Part shown: piece after piece, positions 9,848 through 19,164 of the stretch
Position numbering within the stretch: position 1 is the first letter of the stretch
How the letters are laid out: the number at the start of each line of letters is the position of its first letter
Source of the DNA: Minisyncoccota bacterium
GTDB lineage: Bacteria; Patescibacteriota; Minisyncoccia; Phycocordibacterales; UBA2100
Length of the DNA stretch: 64,000 bases
NCBI GenBank assembly: GCA_035500505.1
Contig: DATJXE010000004.1
Span: 50,230 to 114,229, forward strand
Direction of reading: 5' to 3'
Position numbers and translations under genes: made by a program
Notes under the pieces: generated by a model
Told to the model about the DNA's origin: nothing
Database searches by the model: none
What the model saw: only the letters and a program-made list of their open reading frames with translations

Positions 9848-12798
9848 AGCCAACTTTTGAAGGGCTTTCGGTAAGCGATCGTGAGCTTGGAGAGCGGGAT
9901 GCTGAACCCGGAGCGCGGGAGTTCTATCGAAAGATGTCCGGCATTCCCCACCTGCCCTATCCGCACGCTGGGCACGCCGCGCATCAGCATTTCGAATTCT
10001 CGCTGCGCTTCCGGTCGAATAGAAACGAGGACGCGCCCCTGGCTTTCGGAAAACAGTATCGACTCCGCGTTCTTCGGAGCACCGGGAACGCTTGAGAGAT
10101 CGACATCGGCGCCGAACTGGCCTGCGACCGCCGATTTCGCAAGCGCGACGGCAAGCCCGCCGCGTCCCACGCCGAGCGCGGAGGAGATCAGTCCTTCTTC
10201 CATCGCCTGCGACAGCGCGTCGTAGGTCTTCGCGTTCTTCTTCGCGTCGACCGTCGGAACGCCCGCGCCGACGTACCCGAGCATCGAAAAATACTCGGAA
10301 GCGCCGAGTTCGTCCTTCGTGTCGCCCAAAAGGTACAGCAAGTCGCCCTCTTGTTTGAGGTCAAGCGTCACCGCCTTCGACACGTCGGGAATGATGCCGA
10401 TGGCAGAAATGAGAAGCGTGGGCGGCGCTGCGATGTGGATCTTTTCTCCTTGCGCGGTGAATCCGCGGAAGTCGTTGAACATGCTGTCCTTGCCGGAGAT
10501 GTAGGGTGTCGCGTACGCGGTGGCGATATCGAAACACGCCTTCGCGGCGCGCTTGAGCTCGTAGAGTCGCCCGGGCTCGTTGGAACTCGACCAGCAGAAG
10601 TTGTCGAGGATGGCGAGATACTCGCGCGATGCGCCTGCACAAACAGCGTTGCGTACCGCAGTGTCGATGGCAGAGGCCGCCATGTGGTACGTGTCGATGT
10701 CGGAATACCAGGGCGCGTAGCCGTGCGAAAGCACGATGCCTTTTTGCGAGTTGGGCAATGGTTGCAAGACCCCCGCATCCGCGTTGACCCGCCCGCGGCC
10801 CTGCAAAGGCTTCGTCACCGAAGAGCCTTGGACCTCGCTGTCGTACTGCTGCGCGATGAACGCCGTGCTGCCGACATTGGGGCGCGAGAGAAGTTCGAGG
10901 AACGCGGCGTCGAGGCCGCCGGTGCGCCGCAGACGCACAGGTGGATCTGCGTGGACGCGATTCACGCGCTTTCCCTTTTGCACCTCGATCGGCCGCCCGT
11001 CATGCAGGAATTCCATGCCGAGGTCCATGACCTTTTTGCCTTTGTAGCGAACAACGCAACGGCCGGAATCGGTAAAGACGCCGATGCGCGTCGCTTCGAC
11101 ATCGTGCCGGTCGAGTACTTTTTTGAGCTTCGTCCAATTCTTTTTGGGCACCGAAAGTGTCATGCGTTCTTGGGACTCCGATATCCAAATTTGCCACGGC
11201 GAGAGTCCCGGATACTTGAGCGGGACTTTTTCGAGATCGACGAGACAGCCGCCGCATTCCTTCGCCATCTCGGCGACGGCGCACGAAAGTCCGCCCGCGC
11301 CGTTGTCGGTGATGCTCGTGTAGAGCCCTACATCGCGCGCTTCGCGCACGAGCGCGTCCGAAAGTTTTTTCTGCGTGATCGGGTCACCTATCTGCACCGC
11401 CGTCGCGGGAGAACCGCTCGAAAGCGACTCCGACGAAAAGGTCGCGCCGTGGATGCCGTCGAGCCCGACCCTTCCGCCCGCCATGACGATATAGTCGCCC
11501 GGTCGCGCCTTCTTCTCGTAGAGCTTCTTCCCTTTTTGTTTACGAGGGATGAGACCGACAGTGCCGGCGAAGACGAGGGGCTTGCCGCGATAACGCGGGT
11601 CGATCGCGACGAATCCCAAGGGCGTGGGGATGCCGCTTTGGTTGCCGCCCGCGTTGACGCCGCGCACGACGCCTTCGAGGATGCGACGTGCAGCCAGAAG
11701 CGGTTGATGTTTCTCCTTGTCGCGGAAAAGATTCGTTTTGTCTTCCGGGTCGGCCACGCAAAAGCCGTAGACGTTGGCAATGGGCTTCGCGCCCAGACCA
11801 AATCCGAGCGCGTCGCGGTTGACGCCGACGATGCCGGTGATGGCGCCGCCGAAGGGATCGAGCGCCGAAGGAGAATTATGCGTCTCCACCTTGTGCGTCA
11901 CGAGGTATTCATCGTCAAAGGCGATGCCACCGGAGTTGTCGGTAAAAACGGACACGCAGAAATCCTTATCGCCTTTCTCTTTCCGTATCTGCTCCGTGGC
12001 GCCCTTGATGTAGCGGCGATAGATCCCCTCTTTCACTTCGTCCAACGGGTCGGCGAATATCGTGTGTTTGCAATGTTCCGACCACGTCTGCGCGAGCGAT
12101 TCGAGCTCGACGTCGGTCGGGTTGCGGCCAAGTTCTTTGAAATGCTTTTGGATGACCTTCATCGCGTGCAACGAGAGGGCCAAGGGGCCGCGCCGCGTGC
12201 CATCCCTGTCCGCAATGCCCTGTTTGCCTATTCTTCCGAGCTCATCATCCGGCACATTGAGCCTCACGATATCGGCGCGGGCGGAGGCATGTAGCTTCAC
12301 TTTCGGAACGACTATTGGGAACACTCTCGTCCCTGCCTGGTAGACGCTCGCCCGTTCGATGAGTGAGTTGTGCAGACCCCGCGCGAAGCCTTCGGCTTCG
12401 CGCGTTGAGATCTTTCCCGAAAGGAAGATGAGCATCGAGGAGTACACGCTTTCGCTCTCTTTGAATTTCCTCCCAATGGCATCTTCGATCGTCTGCTTCG
12501 CGGTTTTGCCGACGTTGTCCGTGACCCCCGGCAGGAATCCGATCTCTATCGCGCAGGCAAACCCCTTTGGTGCGGACAGCGTGTCGATGGTCGCCTTTTC
12601 GGTGATGGGATTCGCGAGCCGTTTTGCCGCCGTCGCGAGGTCTTCGCGAGAAAGTCTCGCATCGATGGTGTAACAGGAAACGACCGTCGCAGTGGTCGCT
12701 TTGGCGCGCGGGAATGAGTTCCGGAAGGAAGCAAGGTAGCCTTGCGCGCGGGCATCGGGCACGGTCGAGGAAACGGCTATCCGGTGCGCACGGGCCAT
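9844..12798 (-). CDS. purL: FGAM synthase subunit PurL with N-terminal PurS-like extension
   Basis: QTWSEHCKH, KVETHNSPS, DNGAGG, SESQERM, SGKDSM; start 7 nt after CATAAT (alternative 12807). Confidence 0.93.
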   Translation of the reverse strand: MARAHRIAVSSTVPDARAQGYLASFRNSFPRAKATTATVVSCYTIDARLSREDLATAAKRLANPITEKATIDTLSAPKGFACAIEIGFLPGVTDNVGKTAKQTIEDAIGRKFKESESVYSSMLIFLSGKISTREAEGFARGLHNSLIERASVYQAGTRVFPIVVPKVKLHASARADIVRLNVPDDELGRIGKQGIADRDGTRRGPLALSLHAMKVIQKHFKELGRNPTDVELESLAQTWSEHCKHTIFADPLDEVKEGIYRRYIKGATEQIRKEKGDKDFCVSVFTDNSGGIAFDDEYLVTHKVETHNSPSALDPFGGAITGIVGVNRDALGFGLGAKPIANVYGFCVADPEDKTNLFRDKEKHQPLLAARRILEGVVRGVNAGGNQSGIPTPLGFVAIDPRYRGKPLVFAGTVGLIPRKQKGKKLYEKKARPGDYIVMAGGRVGLDGIHGATFSSESLSSGSPATAVQIGDPITQKKLSDALVREARDVGLYTSITDNGAGGLSCAVAEMAKECGGCLVDLEKVPLKYPGLSPWQIWISESQERMTLSVPKKNWTKLKKVLDRHDVEATRIGVFTDSGRCVVRYKGKKVMDLGMEFLHDGRPIEVQKGKRVNRVHADPPVRLRRTGGLDAAFLELLSRPNVGSTAFIAQQYDSEVQGSSVTKPLQGRGRVNADAGVLQPLPNSQKGIVLSHGYAPWYSDIDTYHMAASAIDTAVRNAVCAGASREYLAILDNFCWSSSNEPGRLYELKRAAKACFDIATAYATPYISGKDSMFNDFRGFTAQGEKIHIAAPPTLLISAIGIIPDVSKAVTLDLKQEGDLLYLLGDTKDELGASEYFSMLGYVGAGVPTVDAKKNAKTYDALSQAMEEGLISSALGVGRGGLAVALAKSAVAGQFGADVDLSSVPGAPKNAESILFSESQGRVLVSIRPEAQREFEMLMRGVPSVRIGQVGNAGHLSIELPRSGFSIPLSKLTIAYRKPFKSWL

Positions 12799-12836
12799 TG
12801 CCTGCATTATGCGGACTTCGCGCGTCCGCGCAACTC

Positions 12837-13346
12837 CTACTGTCCCCGCTCCAGATCCACCCACCGGTAGCGCAAGCCGTTCCACTCGTGGGCTTCGTCG
12901 AGCGTTTTCTTGGTGAATTCTTTCTCATACGGCGGGAAGAACGTATCCGCCTCTTTGTCGTCGTCGATCAGTGTCAAAAAAAGTTTGTCCACCTGCGGTA
13001 AGACTTGTTCGTACATCTGGGCCCCGCCGCCGATGTGTATCTCTTCGGGGTCGAGCGCTTTTGCTTTTTCTACGGCCTCATCGAGCGACTGCGCGACGAT
13101 CGCTCCTTCGTATGTATAGGTCGGGTCTCTCGTGACTACGATATTCGTGCGCTCTGGTAGCGGCTTTCCCTTGTTATAACTGAGCACTGATTCGAACGTC
13201 TTGCGGCCGAAAATAATAGGGTGCCCGCGCGTGAGCGCTTTAAATCGTTTGAGGTCGTCCGGAATATGCCAGAGCAATTTCCCCTCTTTGCCGAGCTCTC
13301 GGTTCTTCCCTATAGCAACGACGATGCAAATTCGAGGTTTTTTCAT
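12837..13346 (-). CDS. folA: Dihydrofolate reductase
   Basis: LLWHIPDDLKRFK, GRKTFES, PLPERTNIVVT, IGGGAQMY, DTFFP. Confidence 0.95.
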   Translation of the reverse strand: MKKPRICIVVAIGKNRELGKEGKLLWHIPDDLKRFKALTRGHPIIFGRKTFESVLSYNKGKPLPERTNIVVTRDPTYTYEGAIVAQSLDEAVEKAKALDPEEIHIGGGAQMYEQVLPQVDKLFLTLIDDDKEADTFFPPYEKEFTKKTLDEAHEWNGLRYRWVDLERGQ

Positions 13347-13420
13347 AGGTCGAATATACCACACCTCGTTTCCCCTGCCCTTGCAACGGCGCGGCAGGCG
13401 CAGAGAGCTATAATGCCCCG

Positions 13421-14095
13421 ATGCAATCCTACGAGGTCGAAGTGAAGTCGCTTTTGGGCAGTGAGGAACGGGCGGACGAACTGCGCGAGGAGATGAAAAA
13501 GATCGATCCCTTAAGCGAGCTCCAAACGAAGAACAAACAGCTGAACCATTATTTTGAAAAAGGGGCGTTAAAGAAACTTGCCGAGGTGCTGTCGCCGCAT
13601 CTCTCCGGCGTTGCGGAGATCAAGCTCGACGACATGGCAGAGCGCGCCAAGGAATTCTCCGTGCGCACGAGAGACAAGAACGGGACGGTCTATTTCGTCG
13701 TCAAGGCTTCGGTCGGCGACGACTCGAGCCAGAACGGGGTCGCGCGCATCGAATTCGAAGAGAAGCTCGACCTTTCGCTCGAAGCACTCGACAAGCTCAT
13801 TCTTTCGGCCGGATTTTCATACCAGGCCAAGTGGTCGCGCGAGCGGGAAGAATATATCTGCAAGAACGTCAACGTGACCCTCGACAAGAACGCCGGCTAC
13901 GGCTGGGTCGCGGAGTTCGAGCTCGTCGTGCAGGACCAGGCAAAGATCTCCGACGCCAAGCGCCAGATCGAGGCCCTCATGCAGGAACTAGGGGTCCAGG
14001 AACTGCCCCAGGAGCGTCTCGAACGGATGTTTTCATATTACAACACACATTGGCAAGAGTACTATGGAACCGACAAAATCTTCACGGTAGAATGA
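13421..14095 (+). CDS. CYTH (triphosphate tunnel metalloenzyme) domain protein
   Basis: N-terminal EVEVK (ExExK) motif, RxR, ARIEFE, KWSREREEY, VTLD..AEFE. Confidence 0.8.
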   Translation: MQSYEVEVKSLLGSEERADELREEMKKIDPLSELQTKNKQLNHYFEKGALKKLAEVLSPHLSGVAEIKLDDMAERAKEFSVRTRDKNGTVYFVVKASVGDDSSQNGVARIEFEEKLDLSLEALDKLILSAGFSYQAKWSREREEYICKNVNVTLDKNAGYGWVAEFELVVQDQAKISDAKRQIEALMQELGVQELPQERLERMFSYYNTHWQEYYGTDKIFTVE

Positions 14096-14099
14096 CGTT

Positions 14100-14678
14100 A
14101 TGTTCCTCTCCGATGTCGACATAAAGAAAGCGATAAAAAAAGGAGAGATCACGCTCGAGCCGTTCACGGAGTTGCGATTGCAGCCTGCAAGTTACGATAT
14201 TTTGCTCGGCAACAAGTTCGTCGAGAACGACGCGAGCAGCACGCGCTTCGTTGACCCGGCACGAAAAGTCTACGCGAAGACGACCGAGAAAGACGTCGCC
14301 GATGGCGAAGAGTTCATGTTGCACCCCGGCGTTTCGGTCCTTGGATTGTCGAAAGAGTTTTTCGGCTCCGACCACTACCTCGTGCAGGTCGGCGGTAAAT
14401 CCTCGCTCGCGCGCATCGGCCTCATGATCCACAACACGGCCGGCATCATCAATCCGGGACACTTTTTGCACATCACGTTCGAGATAACCAATCAGAGTAA
14501 TATTCCTATCATCTTGCGTCCGGGGATGGAGATCGCGCAGATAACATTCTCCAAGCTCACGTCGCCGCCCGAGCGCAACTATCGAAGGGTCGGCCGTTTT
14601 GCCAAGGACAACTGGAACCATTTCATCGAGGCCAAAAAACCCCGCGCGACAAAACGCGCGAAAGTCGGCAAAAAATAG
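14100..14678 (+). CDS. dcd: dCTP deaminase
   Basis: MFLSD.DI, LQPASYD, GKSSLARIGL, ITFEITN, PGMEIAQ. Confidence 0.9.
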   Translation: MFLSDVDIKKAIKKGEITLEPFTELRLQPASYDILLGNKFVENDASSTRFVDPARKVYAKTTEKDVADGEEFMLHPGVSVLGLSKEFFGSDHYLVQVGGKSSLARIGLMIHNTAGIINPGHFLHITFEITNQSNIPIILRPGMEIAQITFSKLTSPPERNYRRVGRFAKDNWNHFIEAKKPRATKRAKVGKK

Positions 14679-14679
14679 T

Positions 14680-15648
14680 ATGGATCGCCACCCCGAATAC
14701 CAGTACCTCGATCTTCTTCGGAAGACGCTTGAGCAGGGCGAGGAGCAAGTGGACAAAGGTACGGGTGTAAAAACCTATAGTTGTTTCGGTGCGCAGATCC
14801 GTTTCGATCTCTCGCAAGGATTTCCGATGCTCACGACCAAGAAGGTCTATTGGAACGGCGTCTTGCAAGAACTCTACTGGTTCCTCTCCGGCCAGACCAA
14901 CATCAAATACCTCGTGGATAAGAACGTGCACATCTGGGACGATTACCCGTACAAGCTCTACATGGAGAACGTGGAGCGCAAAGAAGTACCGAGTCTGACC
15001 AAGGATGAATTCATCGCGAAGATCAAAGACGACGCGAAGTTCGCAGAGATGTACGGAGAACTGCCACACATCTACGGCGAGCATTGGAGGCGCTGGATCG
15101 CCCGCGATGGTCGCACAGTGGACCAGCTCGCCTGGGCGATCGAGGAGTTGCGCAAGGACCCCGACGCGCACAATACGCTCGTCACCTCCTGGAATCCGGA
15201 GTACATGTATGCGATGGCAAAGCCCGGCGAGGGAGCCCGCTTCCCCATCTGCCACAACATGTACCAGATAAACATCAAACGTGGTCGCGTGTGTCTCCAG
15301 CTCTATCAGCGCAGCGCCGACATGTTCCTCGGTGTGCCGTTCAACATCGCAAGCTATGCGCTCTTGACGACCATCATCGCCAAGATATTGGGCAGAGAGC
15401 CGGGCGAGTTCGTTCATACGTTCGGCGATTTTCATATGTACGAGAACCACCGCGAACAGATAAAAGAACAGCTTTCGCGGGGGCCAAAACCATTCCCCAT
15501 GGTGCGGTTCACCCAAGATTTCAACTCGCTGGATTCGTTCAAGCCGGAGTACGTCGAGCTCGTCGGGTACGAGCCGCACGCCGCCATCAAGGCGGAACTC
15601 ACCGTCGCGGGCGGATACAACAAGAAGATGCACGGCGCAGCCGCTTAA
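14680..15648 (+). CDS. thyA: Thymidylate synthase ThyA
   Basis: FPMLTTKK, ELYWFL, IWD, PICH, YQRSADMFLGVPFNIASY, HMYENH. Confidence 0.96.
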   Translation: MDRHPEYQYLDLLRKTLEQGEEQVDKGTGVKTYSCFGAQIRFDLSQGFPMLTTKKVYWNGVLQELYWFLSGQTNIKYLVDKNVHIWDDYPYKLYMENVERKEVPSLTKDEFIAKIKDDAKFAEMYGELPHIYGEHWRRWIARDGRTVDQLAWAIEELRKDPDAHNTLVTSWNPEYMYAMAKPGEGARFPICHNMYQINIKRGRVCLQLYQRSADMFLGVPFNIASYALLTTIIAKILGREPGEFVHTFGDFHMYENHREQIKEQLSRGPKPFPMVRFTQDFNSLDSFKPEYVELVGYEPHAAIKAELTVAGGYNKKMHGAAA

Positions 15649-15700
15649 ATTCGTATGATTTAGGTCCTACATATCTTTATTCACCAAAATCAAAGAAGAT

Positions 15701-17044
15701 ATGGATTACGCACGCATCAAAAAAGAAGATCCAAGCATCTACAAAGCGATCGAGAACGAGCAGGAGCGGCAGGCCGAGGGCCTTGAGCTCATTCCATCGG
15801 AGAATTACACGTCGTCCGCCGTGATGGAAGCGATGGGGAGCATTCTTACGAACAAATATTCCGAAGGGTACGCCGGCAAGCGTTACTACAACGGCAATGA
15901 ATTCATCGACGAGATAGAATCGCTCGCGATAGCGCGCGCCAAAAAACTCTTCGGCGTCGAACACGTCAACGTCCAGCCGTATTCCGGAAGCCCCGCCAAC
16001 CTCGCGGTATACCTCGCGACGTGCAAGCCGGGCGACGTCGTGTTGGGGCTCAACTTGCCCGACGGCGGCCATCTCACGCACGGCTGGAAAGTCTCGGCGA
16101 CCGGCATCTTCTATAAAACGCTTCCCTACCACGTGCGCAAGGATGGCAAGATAGACATCGAAGAGGTCCGCTCGCTCGCGCGGGAGCACAAGCCGACGCT
16201 CATCTGGGCCGGAGCGACGGCGTACGAATTCAAATACGACTACGCGGCCTTCGCGAAGATAGCCGATGAGGTCGGGGCGTACCTCGCGGTTGACATCGCG
16301 CACATCGCGGGACTCATCGTCGCGGGAGCGCACCCCGACCCCGTCCCCCACGCGCACATCGTGACGACGACCACCCATAAGACGCTCCGCGGACCGCGCG
16401 GCGGTATGATAATGGTCACGAAACGCGGTCTCGCGAAAGACCCCGACCTCGCGTCAAAAGTCGACAAAGGCGTATTTCCGGGTCTTCAGGGCGGTCCGCA
16501 CGACCATCAGACCGCGGGCATTGCCATCGCGCTCAAAGAGGCGGCGACACCTGCGTTCAAAAAATACGGCAAACAGATAGTTGCCAACGCCAAAGCGCTC
16601 GCCGAGAGCCTGAAGAAGAACGGGCTGACCATCGTCGGGAACGGCACCGAGAACCACCTGCTCCGCATCGACGTGGCTCCCATCTTCGGGCCCGGCGGCG
16701 GCGTCTTTGGGAGCGACGCGCTGGAGGTCGCGGGCATGACAGCCAACAAGAACACCATTCCCAAGGACCCCGGGTCGCCGTTCTACCCGAGCGGTATCCG
16801 CATCGGTACGCCGGCGCTGACCACTCGCGGGATGAAAGAGAAGGAAATGAAACAAGTGGGCGCGTGGATCGCACGCGCGATACATGCGGTCGCATCATAT
16901 CGGCTTCCGACGGAGCAAAAAGAGCGCGCCGCTTACATCGCAAAATTCAAGAAAGATATCGCGAAGAACAAAGAACTGCTCGCCATCCGCAGCGAGATAA
17001 AAAAGTTCACCAAGAAGTTTCCGCTCCCCCACGCAAAAGCGTGA
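15701..17044 (+). CDS. glyA: Serine hydroxymethyltransferase
   Basis: [49 protein letters not shown]. Confidence 0.97.
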   Translation: MDYARIKKEDPSIYKAIENEQERQAEGLELIPSENYTSSAVMEAMGSILTNKYSEGYAGKRYYNGNEFIDEIESLAIARAKKLFGVEHVNVQPYSGSPANLAVYLATCKPGDVVLGLNLPDGGHLTHGWKVSATGIFYKTLPYHVRKDGKIDIEEVRSLAREHKPTLIWAGATAYEFKYDYAAFAKIADEVGAYLAVDIAHIAGLIVAGAHPDPVPHAHIVTTTTHKTLRGPRGGMIMVTKRGLAKDPDLASKVDKGVFPGLQGGPHDHQTAGIAIALKEAATPAFKKYGKQIVANAKALAESLKKNGLTIVGNGTENHLLRIDVAPIFGPGGGVFGSDALEVAGMTANKNTIPKDPGSPFYPSGIRIGTPALTTRGMKEKEMKQVGAWIARAIHAVASYRLPTEQKERAAYIAKFKKDIAKNKELLAIRSEIKKFTKKFPLPHAKA

Positions 17045-17053
17045 TCTTCGTAC

Positions 17054-17662
17054 ATGCTGCATACCCTCCTGCCGCATCTCGGACTCGTGCATCTCGTGCG
17101 TGCCGTCGGCTATCCCGGTCTCTTCGCGGCTGTCTTTCTTGAATCCGGCGTATTCTTCGGATTTTTCCTGCCTGGCTCTTCGATGCTTTTCACCGCCGGG
17201 CTTCTTGCGACGACCGGCCTTTTCAATCCCTGGGTCTTGATGGGGCTCATGGCGCTCGCCGCCATCCTCGGCGACAACGCCGGTTATTGGTTCGGCTCGT
17301 ACATGGGCGTTTCGCTTTTCTTTTGGAGCGACTCGCGCTTTTTCCGCCACGACTATCTCGAACGCGCGAAAGAGTTCTACGAAAAACACGGCATCCTCTC
17401 TATCGTGCTCGCGCGCTTCATTCCCATCGTGCGGACATTCGCGCCGATATTCGCCGGCGTCGTGAAGGTGCGTTACTCGCTTTTCCTCATGTACAACGTG
17501 CTCGGCGGCATCCTCTGGGCCTCCGGCGTCACGTTCCTCGGCTACTTCCTCGGGCGAAAAGTGCCGTTCATCGCAAGCTACATAACGCCCATCGTCATTT
17601 TGATAATCATTGCGAGCCTCGTCCCACTTTTGTGGGAAACGCGCAAGTCGCGTGATCGTTAG
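17054..17662 (+). CDS. DedA/VTT-domain membrane protein
   Basis: ESGVFFGFFLPG.S.LF, AAILGDNAGY, ARFIPIVRTF. Confidence 0.92.
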   Translation: MLHTLLPHLGLVHLVRAVGYPGLFAAVFLESGVFFGFFLPGSSMLFTAGLLATTGLFNPWVLMGLMALAAILGDNAGYWFGSYMGVSLFFWSDSRFFRHDYLERAKEFYEKHGILSIVLARFIPIVRTFAPIFAGVVKVRYSLFLMYNVLGGILWASGVTFLGYFLGRKVPFIASYITPIVILIIIASLVPLLWETRKSRDR

Positions 17663-17668
17663 CGACAC

Positions 17669-17778
17669 GTCCCCCCGCAGGCCACACGTTTGCCGTGTTC
17701 TCGGAGCGCTTGGCGCGAGAGGCAGGGAATTTTCAGCAGAAAATTACCCGACGGCAAACGTGTGGCCTGCGGGGGGAC
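17669..17778. repeat. Structured dispersed repeat, copy 1 (110 bp)
   Basis: Perfect 28-bp inverted arms (17669-17696/17751-17778) around a 54-nt two-hairpin core shared with 34166-34279. Confidence 0.9.
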
Positions 17779-17786
17779 CTACCCAG

Positions 17787-18560
17787 TTAGTGCAACTGTT
17801 TCAGGCGGGTCATTCCGCCCCAAAGCCCGCCGAAATCGCCGAGCTGCGAGTGGACTATCTCGGGAACGTTGGGGAATTTTTTCATCACCTCAGCGACGTG
17901 CGCACGCACGCGGTCTACGGAGATGCCTATCTCGTTGAACATCGAGCCGCCAAGCACCACGCGCTCCGGCGACCAATGCAGGATGGAGTTGTGCACGCCG
18001 AAAGCGACCGTGCGCGACAGCTCTTCCCAAACTGCATGGTCTTTGCCCAGGTCCTTTGGCGATTCCACTTTGAAGCGCTCCGAAATCGCTTTGCCAGAAA
18101 CCATCTGCTCAAACGTTGTGGGGGTCTCGCCTATCGAAAGGTATTGGCCGCCGATCTCGAACCCTTGTTTGGAAATATCAATTTTCCCATCAACGATGCG
18201 GGCGCCGTTCACACCGGTCGAGACCGTGACGTACATGCAGATGCGCACGCCCTTCCCTGCGCCGTTGGTCGCTTCGCCCAAACCTACGAGCGCCGTGTCA
18301 TTCTCGATATGCAAAGGTGCATTTATACGCGCCTGCAGGTCCTTTTCGAAAGACGGGCGGGACTTCCAAATGGGTTTCCCGACGATGACGCCGTCTATCC
18401 TTCCTCCGTTCGATATACCTTTTACGGTATTGGCAAGATGTTCTATCAAGTCCTTGAGATCAGGTGGTGTGTGCGTGATGAGCGGTTCGTCAAAACGTTC
18501 CAGGTCATCGGTCTTCGCGATGCGCATCTTCGTTTCGCCTACGTCTACCGTGATGTACAT
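17787..18560 (-). CDS. ROK family sugar kinase (glucokinase-like)
   Basis: DVGETK, IENDTALVGLGE, TVSTGVNGA, FEIGGQ. Confidence 0.88.
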   Translation of the reverse strand: MYITVDVGETKMRIAKTDDLERFDEPLITHTPPDLKDLIEHLANTVKGISNGGRIDGVIVGKPIWKSRPSFEKDLQARINAPLHIENDTALVGLGEATNGAGKGVRICMYVTVSTGVNGARIVDGKIDISKQGFEIGGQYLSIGETPTTFEQMVSGKAISERFKVESPKDLGKDHAVWEELSRTVAFGVHNSILHWSPERVVLGGSMFNEIGISVDRVRAHVAEVMKKFPNVPEIVHSQLGDFGGLWGGMTRLKQLH

Positions 18561-18563
18561 ACG

Positions 18564-19139
18564 TTACTCGTCGAGTTGCAGCCCGCCGAAATCGGTTTTT
18601 CGAACTTCTTTGTAGAGCTTGTTGGCGACGAGCGCGGGAGCGCCGTTTTTCTCGACAACATAGTAGGCGAAGCCGTGCATTTTCTTTACCGCTTCGTAAT
18701 CCGCGTGCCCCGGCATCGAAGCGGAATCGCCCGCGCCTTCGACCGGAGAGTCGTCGAGCATAACGAGCCACGTGCTACCGATGTTGACGATGAGGTGCCC
18801 ATATCCGGGCGGCATGTAGGCGGAGTCTCCCGCTTTCACTTTGATCGCCTTGAATTCCTCAACGACGCTCGGATCGTCCTGCGAAACGAGCTTCTGCTGC
18901 AGCACGACGCCTTCGCCGGCGGAGAACCAGTAGGTCTCATCAAGGTTGCCGATGTGGTAGTGGCCGTACGTTTTTATGTATTCACCGCCGACGGTGCCGG
19001 TCTCGAGCACGGTGACGTTGCGCTTCTTCGAGCCGCCGCGGATCATGTAGTAGTGCACCGCCGGTCCCGACGCATCGGGCGCCATCAAGACCTCCTTCAT
19101 CTTCTCTTGCGTACGCGCGGCGTAAGGTTCGAATGCCAT
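18564..19139 (-). CDS. Cupin-type glucose-6-phosphate isomerase family protein
   Basis: GGEYIKTYGHYH, E.Y....GEG, PPGYGHL.VN motifs. Confidence 0.85.
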   Translation of the reverse strand: MAFEPYAARTQEKMKEVLMAPDASGPAVHYYMIRGGSKKRNVTVLETGTVGGEYIKTYGHYHIGNLDETYWFSAGEGVVLQQKLVSQDDPSVVEEFKAIKVKAGDSAYMPPGYGHLIVNIGSTWLVMLDDSPVEGAGDSASMPGHADYEAVKKMHGFAYYVVEKNGAPALVANKLYKEVRKTDFGGLQLDE

Positions 19140-19164
19140 GGTTTGATTGTATCAAATCGCGGGG

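Noticed and set aside
10351-12294. Long alternative ORFs (e.g. 647 aa here, 530 aa at 17610, 594 aa at 32519, 733 aa at 56010)
   Set aside because: Antisense or off-frame shadows of well-supported GC-rich genes, with no recognisable motifs
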